The notes beneath the pieces were generated by a model. The model did no database searches and was not told the DNA's origin. It was given only the letters and a program-made list of their open reading frames with translations. This document shows positions 57,004 through 64,000 of a stretch of 64,000 nt of DNA, piece by piece (position 1 is the first letter of the stretch; each line of letters opens with the position of its first letter). The DNA comes from a virus (Duplodnaviria; Caudoviricetes). The stretch lies in IMG/VR virus record IMGVR_UViG_3300032269_000764, positions 6,730-70,729 of that record. One strand, 5' to 3'. The position numbers and the translations under genes were made by a program.

Positions 57004-60000
57004 ATGACAAATATAAATGATGTAAATAATGTTAACGTATCAGTAAATACTTCTGTTTATAGAGTTGAAGTTGTTGAAAATGGCGGAAGAGATTCTGGAC
57101 CAGCAGGACCAATCGGGCCAGTAGGACCAACGGGACCAGCATCACAATTTATTGGTACTTATAATAGTGCAGCAAATTTAAACACTGCATATCCAAATAA
57201 TGGATCTGATTATTCGAGATTTTGGGCTATTGTTTACGATAATGGAACTAATAACCCCCCTCATACATTTGTTTGGCAAACATTTTCTATTGGGTGGAAA
57301 GCTTACGGTGATGCTTTAATATTGCCATCTGGCCCAACAGGTTCAGATTCTACAGTTGCTGGACCGATAGGACCAACGGGTCTTAGCGGTACAACCGGAC
57401 CCACTGGTCCAACCGGACCCACTGGTCCAACCGGACCCACTGGTCCAACCGGACCCACTGGTCCAACCGGACCCACTGGTCCAACCGGACCAAATGGATA
57501 TACTGGAGACATATATCGTACCACATCAACTACAGGAATAACATTAACTGGTTTAACAACAGGAAATTCTGTCTTTTTAACAGTTAATTCAGGACTTGCT
57601 TATAGTTTAATGCAAAGTGTTATATCGGCTTACGGTACAACTCAATATTTTACTGGGTCTGTAGCCAGTTATTCTGGAACTGGATTGACTTTAACTGTTT
57701 CTGGTGTTTGTGGTTCGGGTGTTTCTTTAACACCTTGGCAAGTAAATCTTTATGGTGCTGCAGGCAGTCCTGGGGCACAAGGAGTTCAGGGCGCCACAGG
57801 CCCAACAGGACCCACATTTGCAAATTATGTTGCCTCGTTTAACGGTAAAACCGGAGCAGTGACAGGTGTTTGTGCGATTTATGCCGGTACTGCAATTTCT
57901 ATAACAAATGGTGCATGTGGTGCAACTATAGCAAATACTGGTGTTGTAAGTTTATCTGTACAAGGATACCCATCATTAGGTAGTGCTTGGTATCAGAATG
58001 GACTACAAATAAGACCGGGCACAAATATTACACTGGCTGCGGGGTTTGACAGTCCACTTACCAATCCTTATTTAACAATTAGTGCTCCGGGTACTGTTGC
58101 AGGGATTAACGGAATTATTGGAATACCATATTATTTTATTGCTGGATTTACAGGAATTGGTGTAACCACATATACAGATGGAATTGGTGTTACAATCGGA
58201 ATTTCAAATAATGGTATTTTATCCTATAATGGATTAACCGGAAATGTTCAGGGAGTGGGATCTCTGACTGCTGGAACGGGAATATCCTTATCAGGTAAAA
58301 CTGGAAGTATAACTATAGAAAATATCGGCATCAGAAGTATTGGACAGGGTACTGGGATTAAAGTAGATTATTCTGGTGGAAATAATTATACTCCAACTAT
58401 TGGAAATGAAGGAGTAGTTTCATTCAACGGAGCTACTGGAATTATTCAAGGTGTAAATAAAGTAAATGGATTGACTGGATTGATTGGTATATCTGCTGGA
58501 ACTAATATTCAAATTTCTCCATCCGGTAATACATTAACAATTGATGCAAATATACCCCCGAATGTTGCTTCGTTGCGTGGATTAACTGGAGTTGTGGGTC
58601 TGTCTGCTGGAACCAATATTCAAATATTGACATCCGGCAATACATTGATAATTAATGCAAATACAACTTCTGGTGTTGCTTCGTTAAATGCATTAACTGG
58701 AAACGTAGGTATATCTGCTGGAGCAGGAATTTCGTTAGGATATTCGGGTAACACATTAACTATTACAAATGAAGGTGCCGGAGTTACTGGAATTCGGCAG
58801 GGAACTGGAATTTTAATTTCCGGTCCAACAGGAAGTGTTCAAATTACAAATACTGGAGTCCTTTCATTTAACAATAATACAGGAAATGTTCAGGGCGTTG
58901 GTATTATTGTAACAGGAACAACAGGATTCACTGGAACGGTTGGAATTTCTGGTGGAACAAATATTAGTATTTCTACATCTGGAAATACTCTAATAATAAA
59001 TTCCGCATCAACTACTGGTGTGGCTTCTCTCAATACTTTAACTGGAGTTGTGGGTCTTTCCAGTGGTGCTTATATTGGAATAACTGGTAATGGAAATACT
59101 CTAACAATTACAAATAATGGTATTAGAAGTATTCAACAGGGTACTGCTATTACAGTAGATTATTCTGGTGGAAATACCTACACTCCAATTATTGGAAATA
59201 ATGGTGTAGTTTCTTTTAACAATGCAACTGGGGTCATTCAAGGTGTAAATAGCATAAATGGATTGACTGGAATTGTAGGTATATCTGCAGGAACTGGAAT
59301 TACCTTAAAAACTTCCGGAAATACATTGACAATTTCATCTACTGTAACTTCTAGTGGTGGAGTTACTGATGGTTCTGCAATTATTTGGAATCTCAAGCCA
59401 CAAGGAAACACCGTTGGTGATTTGATTTCATATGCAGGAAACAGTTGGGCTGTTACACCACGCGACTATGTTGCCACTCCAAGCATTTGGCAGACTTTGA
59501 CGGGAACTGCGGCGTCGGCACACTATCCAAGTTCAGTTTGGAATCCAACAGATTCTTCGGCGGATACTGGATTAGTTGTAAATGGCACAAATGCTGTTTT
59601 GGGTGAACTAATACAACTTAGACTTTATAGTAATGGAACCAGTACTTTTACAACGGGTATTACCTTAAATTCTGGTATATGGTGGATTAATTTTACTGCA
59701 TTTAATTCTAAGTTTACCAGCAGCACCCGAGATTATGTAGATGCTTTTTGTGGTATGACTTTAATTAATAAGCCAACATATTATCAACCACATAAAGACT
59801 ATTACACATATACATCTGGATCGGTCAGCGTAGATATTCATGGATTTGCATTAAAAATTCGTGGAATAACTTATACCGCTTTTGATGGCCGTGGTGGAAG
59901 TCCTTATGGAAATACTGGATGTACTTTAGATCCAAATCTAAAACCACTTGGAGGTGCAGGTACTTCCTGCGGTGTTGGTGGTGGTGTAGGTTCATGGTAT

Positions 60001-60081
60001 CCATGCACAACTCCAGTCATCGGATTTACATATAACGGTTGCTATTATATCGATGGTTGCGGTAACAAAGTATGTTCCTAA
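57004..60081 (+). CDS. long tail fibre/spike with (Gly-Pro-Thr)n collagen segment and repeated beta modules (1025 aa)
   Basis: GPT repeats; repeated V.SLNGLTG.VGISAG....GNTLTI units. Confidence 0.8.
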   Translation: MTNINDVNNVNVSVNTSVYRVEVVENGGRDSGPAGPIGPVGPTGPASQFIGTYNSAANLNTAYPNNGSDYSRFWAIVYDNGTNNPPHTFVWQTFSIGWKAYGDALILPSGPTGSDSTVAGPIGPTGLSGTTGPTGPTGPTGPTGPTGPTGPTGPTGPTGPTGPNGYTGDIYRTTSTTGITLTGLTTGNSVFLTVNSGLAYSLMQSVISAYGTTQYFTGSVASYSGTGLTLTVSGVCGSGVSLTPWQVNLYGAAGSPGAQGVQGATGPTGPTFANYVASFNGKTGAVTGVCAIYAGTAISITNGACGATIANTGVVSLSVQGYPSLGSAWYQNGLQIRPGTNITLAAGFDSPLTNPYLTISAPGTVAGINGIIGIPYYFIAGFTGIGVTTYTDGIGVTIGISNNGILSYNGLTGNVQGVGSLTAGTGISLSGKTGSITIENIGIRSIGQGTGIKVDYSGGNNYTPTIGNEGVVSFNGATGIIQGVNKVNGLTGLIGISAGTNIQISPSGNTLTIDANIPPNVASLRGLTGVVGLSAGTNIQILTSGNTLIINANTTSGVASLNALTGNVGISAGAGISLGYSGNTLTITNEGAGVTGIRQGTGILISGPTGSVQITNTGVLSFNNNTGNVQGVGIIVTGTTGFTGTVGISGGTNISISTSGNTLIINSASTTGVASLNTLTGVVGLSSGAYIGITGNGNTLTITNNGIRSIQQGTAITVDYSGGNTYTPIIGNNGVVSFNNATGVIQGVNSINGLTGIVGISAGTGITLKTSGNTLTISSTVTSSGGVTDGSAIIWNLKPQGNTVGDLISYAGNSWAVTPRDYVATPSIWQTLTGTAASAHYPSSVWNPTDSSADTGLVVNGTNAVLGELIQLRLYSNGTSTFTTGITLNSGIWWINFTAFNSKFTSSTRDYVDAFCGMTLINKPTYYQPHKDYYTYTSGSVSVDIHGFALKIRGITYTAFDGRGGSPYGNTGCTLDPNLKPLGGAGTSCGVGGGVGSWYPCTTPVIGFTYNGCYYIDGCGNKVCS
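57394..57492 (+). repeat. perfect 18-nt tandem repeat ACCGGACCCACTGGTCCA x5 plus partial copy
   Basis: Copies start at 57394, 57412, 57430, 57448, 57466; encodes TGPTGP. Confidence 0.95.
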
Positions 60082-60087
60082 TAAATA
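60080..60087 (+). promoter_or_regulatory. late promoter-like AATAAATA
   Basis: 4 and 7 nt before ATGs at 60092 and 60095. Confidence 0.45.
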
Positions 60088-60091
60088 ATAC

Positions 60092-62317
60092 ATGATGTTC
60101 TTTGGAAAGAACAAAACATCCCTAAAACTTATAAAACAGCATCCAGAACTGCTGTCGGGATGTGAATATCTAATACTAGAATCTTCAACAAATCCAAAAA
60201 TTATTAATGTTGGATCTGGCATTTCTAAATTGTATTTGAGAAGTCCAGATGGAGAAGAATATTTATTAGAGGGAAACTTCAATAAAATAAAAGACATGTT
60301 TGTTCCTTCCAAGGCATATGAAAACATGGAAGGAAAACTTTTTAAAGTTATCCGTCCAATTGCATCATTGATGCAAAATCAGATGTTAAAAGAAATTGCT
60401 CCGTGCCAGTATGATGAAAAAATTCAACTGGGAAATGGTATCACCGAACAGTATTTCATACAAAAAACGACAAATAAGATTTTAAAGATTTACGGCAACT
60501 CAAATCAAATTAAGAATTTGTTTGAAGAAGTTGTGTTATCAAAACCAAAACCTGTCGTAACACAAGCACCGATTCAACAAACCAAAGTTGAAATTATTGA
60601 AAAGGTAATTGTAAAAGAAACAACTCCTGTAGTTGGCGCACAGGGACTTCAAGGTGAAAAAGGTGTCAAAGGTGACAGAGGTGACCGTGGAGAAATGGGC
60701 CCAAGAGGCCCTGAAGGTAAGCAAGGTGAAATTGGACCACGAGGAGAAATTGGTCCAGTTGGCCCAAAAGGTGAAAGAGGAATCGAAGGTCCTAAAGGAA
60801 ATAAAGGAGATAAAGGTGATAAGGGAGATCGTGGAGAAATTGGTCCACAAGGTGTTCAGGGTGTTCAAGGTATTCAAGGACCGCAAGGAGAACGCGGCAT
60901 TCAGGGAACACCGGGCATCGATGGAAAAGACGGTACTCAAGGTCAAATCGGACCTCAAGGTGAAATTGGTCCACAGGGTATTCAAGGAGAAAAAGGAGAA
61001 AAAGGTGATAGAGGACCTGTGGGCCCTCAAGGTCCTGTTGGACCAAGAGGCGAAGCAGGCGAAATAGGACCTCAAGGACTTCCCGGAAAAGACGGAATTT
61101 CTCCGATACTTAATGCAGAATTTCCATTAGCATATAAAGATGGAAATCTGTCTTTTGATTCGACGCATATTACAAAAATTCTTGATAAGTTCAAGAATAG
61201 CGATATTCAAAAAGCAATTGATAAATTTGCAGTCGTAAGTTCAACACCCGGCGGCGGTGGACTTGGAGCACTTTGGAACACTACACGAATTCAAAAGAAT
61301 ATAAGTGATATTAACTTTACTGGTGCAGGTGTAAGTGTTTACCAAGTTGGTAAAGGAATTCGAGTTGATATACCTGGCGGAGGAAGTCCACCCGGAGGCT
61401 TATATGTAACTTCTATAAGTGCTGGTGCTGGAATAACAGTAGATCAAGCAACAGGTGATGTAACGATCAGTGCAACTGGCAGTAGTGGTGGTATTTCTTC
61501 GGTAAATGGTCTTACTGCCGGTGCAACGGGAAATGTAAATGTAAAAAGTCTAATCAATGGGGCTTCTGTACTTAGTCTTGGAGCTACAGGAAGCGTATTA
61601 CTACCAAATGGTGCAAAACTTGGTAATTTTTATAATGCTGGTGGTATAGATTTAGTTGCACCAACTGGTGCCGGTGCTTATGCTGGGCTGGCCAGTAATG
61701 ATTTGAATCAATTTGTTTCTGCTGGTGATACTGAAGTTCAAATTGGAACAGATACTAATGGATTTGGTTATACTTGGGTATTTGATAAAAATGGTGCACT
61801 ATCATTACCAGTTAATGGTTATATTAAATTTCCAAATGGCACTACTCAAGGCACTGCACCATCTAAATTTTTCTACACATCAACTTCTCCTTCTGGTGTA
61901 ACTCAAGGCGACCGTTGGATGGATTCTGACAACGGTATTGAATATGTTTATATCAACGATGGTAATAGCCAACAGTGGGTTCAACCAACAAATACCGGAG
62001 GTTCTAGCACAACCTCAATTTCTATTCTTGCGACTACAACAGTTACTGGATCAACTTATGCAACATTGCCATCTGATTATTACATCGGAGTAAGTTATGC
62101 TGGTCAAGTTACAGTCACATTACCAGTCGCACCAGAGACTGGAAGAGAAATTGTAGTCAAGGATGAATCTGGAAATGCAGGAAACGGAGTCAATCGTCAG
62201 ATTACGATTGTCGGAGCCACTGCATCACATACAATAGATAACCAAAGTTCAGCAATAATTAATCTAGACAATGCCGGGTTGCATTTCATTTATAGAAATG
62301 GATGGAGAATAATATGA
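60092..62317 (+). CDS. collagen triple-helix protein, fibre-like (741 aa)
   Basis: About 150 residues of continuous Gly-X-Y (GEKG/GPQG type); C-terminal [18 protein letters not shown] and VTLP....[10 protein letters not shown] modules. Confidence 0.8.
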   Translation: MMFFGKNKTSLKLIKQHPELLSGCEYLILESSTNPKIINVGSGISKLYLRSPDGEEYLLEGNFNKIKDMFVPSKAYENMEGKLFKVIRPIASLMQNQMLKEIAPCQYDEKIQLGNGITEQYFIQKTTNKILKIYGNSNQIKNLFEEVVLSKPKPVVTQAPIQQTKVEIIEKVIVKETTPVVGAQGLQGEKGVKGDRGDRGEMGPRGPEGKQGEIGPRGEIGPVGPKGERGIEGPKGNKGDKGDKGDRGEIGPQGVQGVQGIQGPQGERGIQGTPGIDGKDGTQGQIGPQGEIGPQGIQGEKGEKGDRGPVGPQGPVGPRGEAGEIGPQGLPGKDGISPILNAEFPLAYKDGNLSFDSTHITKILDKFKNSDIQKAIDKFAVVSSTPGGGGLGALWNTTRIQKNISDINFTGAGVSVYQVGKGIRVDIPGGGSPPGGLYVTSISAGAGITVDQATGDVTISATGSSGGISSVNGLTAGATGNVNVKSLINGASVLSLGATGSVLLPNGAKLGNFYNAGGIDLVAPTGAGAYAGLASNDLNQFVSAGDTEVQIGTDTNGFGYTWVFDKNGALSLPVNGYIKFPNGTTQGTAPSKFFYTSTSPSGVTQGDRWMDSDNGIEYVYINDGNSQQWVQPTNTGGSSTTSISILATTTVTGSTYATLPSDYYIGVSYAGQVTVTLPVAPETGREIVVKDESGNAGNGVNRQITIVGATASHTIDNQSSAIINLDNAGLHFIYRNGWRII

Positions 62318-63546
62318 GTTACTTATTTAATGATACTGTTGGGTTCAAAACAGATGTAGTGGATGCATTTAATCGTCTTAAAGTTGCTACTCCATTTACG
62401 TTGTTTGATAGCCAAAATAGATATAAACCCAATGACAAATGGGATTCCTTTGGTGTCACAGGTGGTACATATTCTTATGCAATTACTGAAAGTGCAGTAA
62501 ACTTAATTGTTGGAACTACACTTGGTTCAAAATTCTCAAGAGAAACTAAAAGAGTATTTCCATATCAGCCAGGTAAATCTCTTTTGGTTCTGAGCACATT
62601 TGCTTTTAATCAACCAAAAGCAGGACTAAGACAAAGAATTGGATACTTTGGACTTACTGGTGGTGCAACTTCTGGTGTTCCATATAATGGTGTGTATCTT
62701 CAACAAAGCGGATTGACATTAAGTATGGTCATGTCATCGGCATCTTTGAATACCACAACCACAGTAAATCAAGCAGATTGGAACGGTGACGTATTTGATG
62801 GAACTGGTGCATCTGGACGTAATTTAGATATTACAAAAGCAAATATTTTATGGATGGATTTTGAATGGCTTGGTGTTGGTGATGTTCGTACAGGTTTCTA
62901 TGTTGATGGTAAACCGGTCATTGCACACACATTTCATAATGATAATATAAACACAACGACTTACATGACCACAGCGTGTCTTCCAATTCGTTATGAACTT
63001 GAAAATTTAACAGGTCAAACAGGAAGCAGTCAATTAAAGCAAATTTGTTCTTCTGTAATTTCAGATGGTGGTTATGAAGGAAGAGCTCAAAAACAATTTG
63101 TAAGTGTTGGCACAAGAACTGCAGATGCAGTAACTATTGGTAACGGTACATTAACTCCAGTTTTATCAATTAGATTAAATAGTAATAGATTGGATGCAAT
63201 TGTATTACCAACTCAATTAGAAATTTTGGTAACAACAGCAGATAATATACGATGGCAATTACTATTAAATGCAACTGGATTAACTGGAGCATCGTGGACT
63301 ACTCATTCAAATGGTAATGTAGACTATGATACTAGTGCAACAGCATTTACAGGAGGTCAGATTATACAACAGGGTTTAGCATATCAGAAAGTAGAAAGTA
63401 CAGCATTAGGTACTATTGATGATTTTAATTTTCAATTAGGAAGATCCCAATCAGGAGTATCCGATATAATAACATTAGTTGCTGCAGGAGCTGCAGCAAG
63501 TACGGCTAAAATTTTAGCATCATTAGCCTGGGAAGAATTAATATAA
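62314..63546 (+). CDS. putative virion structural protein (~410 aa)
   Basis: [36 protein letters not shown]; start moved to ATG 62314 (ATGA overlap); lies in the fibre cluster. Confidence 0.6.
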   Translation: MSYLFNDTVGFKTDVVDAFNRLKVATPFTLFDSQNRYKPNDKWDSFGVTGGTYSYAITESAVNLIVGTTLGSKFSRETKRVFPYQPGKSLLVLSTFAFNQPKAGLRQRIGYFGLTGGATSGVPYNGVYLQQSGLTLSMVMSSASLNTTTTVNQADWNGDVFDGTGASGRNLDITKANILWMDFEWLGVGDVRTGFYVDGKPVIAHTFHNDNINTTTYMTTACLPIRYELENLTGQTGSSQLKQICSSVISDGGYEGRAQKQFVSVGTRTADAVTIGNGTLTPVLSIRLNSNRLDAIVLPTQLEILVTTADNIRWQLLLNATGLTGASWTTHSNGNVDYDTSATAFTGGQIIQQGLAYQKVESTALGTIDDFNFQLGRSQSGVSDIITLVAAGAAASTAKILASLAWEELI

Positions 63547-63549
63547 ATA
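63542..63549 (+). promoter_or_regulatory. late promoter TATAAATA
   Basis: Exact consensus 7 nt before ATG 63557. Confidence 0.7.
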
Positions 63550-63556
63550 TTAAGAC

Positions 63557-64000
63557 ATGGCATTAAATTTTCCTACAAATCCAGCATTAAACGAAATTTA
63601 CACCTATGGTGGCCGTTCTTGGCAGTGGAACGGAACGGCATGGGATGTATATAATCCTACTAGTGGGTTAACTCAATATGTTTCAAAATTAAATGGTCTT
63701 TGTGGATCAATTAATATTGCTGCGGGAACTTCTATATCTGTAACACCAACAGGTAATACTCTTACAATTGCCTATACCGGTACTGGTGGTGGAGGTGGTG
63801 GTGTTACTGGTCCAACTGGTCCAACTGGTCCTCAAGGAAACACTGGTAATACTGGTCCAACAGGCCCACAAGGTAATACTGGTACCAGCTTTCTTGGCTA
63901 CGACTACGAGATTCATGTTAGTCAAGTAGATGGGAATGATACTACTGGTAACGGTGATTTACTTACTCCTGTTGCTTCTATTACTAAGGCACTGACTTTA
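63557..64000 (+). CDS. tail fibre-like protein with GPT/GNT collagen segment, truncated by the window end
   Basis: Not in the track. MALNFPTNPALNEIYTYGGRSWQWNGTAW...[19 protein letters not shown]..., open to 64000. Confidence 0.8.
   Translation, partial: MALNFPTNPALNEIYTYGGRSWQWNGTAWDVYNPTSGLTQYVSKLNGLCGSINIAAGTSISVTPTGNTLTIAYTGTGGGGGGVTGPTGPTGPQGNTGNTGPTGPQGNTGTSFLGYDYEIHVSQVDGNDTTGNGDLLTPVASITKALTL

Noticed and set aside
57394-57492. 18-nt repeats as a CRISPR array
   Set aside because: No spacers; the units are contiguous, in-frame and encode collagen TGPTGP
1677-63925. The many short alternative-frame or antisense ORFs in the track (e.g. 4300-4620, 8411-8719, 28450-28809, 60539-61075, 60633-61067)
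   Set aside because: They lie wholly within well-supported genes, lack RBS or promoter context, and reflect codon bias or collagen periodicity
1-64000. Alternative genetic code (stop-codon reassignment)
   Set aside because: Conserved genes are full-length in the standard code and coding density is already near complete
57004-64000. Diversity-generating retroelement targeting the fibres
   Set aside because: No reverse transcriptase and no near-identical template/variable repeat pair differing at adenines were seen
1-64000. tRNA, rRNA or other structured ncRNA genes
   Set aside because: Intergenic gaps are almost all under 80 nt and none shows cloverleaf or T-loop motifs

Overview
A 64-kb, AT-rich segment of a large T4-like (Tevenvirinae/Kyanoviridae-type gene set) dsDNA tailed phage; the host cannot be determined from the sequence. 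Order: small accessory genes and a 1275-aa Cys-rich protein (1-5.7 kb); virion accessory genes, gp33 and gp32 (5.7-9.5 kb); a tail/baseplate block (gp51-like, gp26, gp54, gp4, gp48, gp53, a hub split into two genes, gp25, short gp6, gp7-like); neck, terminase, short sheath, two tube genes, portal, protease, scaffold, capsid and gp3 (18.8-32.2 kb); uvsW/uvsY; a ~14.3-kb island of 18 mostly glycan/nucleotide-sugar genes (35.0-49.3 kb); gp55-47-46-45-44-62-regA; a TPR-bearing GT2 glycosyltransferase; then collagen-like fibre genes running off the end. Main observations: (1) the gp51-like ORF has no usable start codon and sits in the -1 frame behind a T7 slippery run at the end of gp26, which suggests a lambda G/GT-type frameshift; (2) the tail looks reduced (140-aa gene at the tape-measure position, split hub, no gp5 spike in the block, short wedge and sheath); (3) the phage carries a glycan-building kit plus a GT2-TPR enzyme directly upstream of Thr-rich collagen fibres, a candidate virion glycosylation system; (4) several late-associated proteins are very Cys-rich; (5) many promoters sit only 4-8 nt from the start codon, implying leaderless mRNAs. 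All family assignments come from motif recognition and synteny by eye; no database search was run. No tRNA, rRNA, CRISPR array, integrase, intron or intein was recognised.
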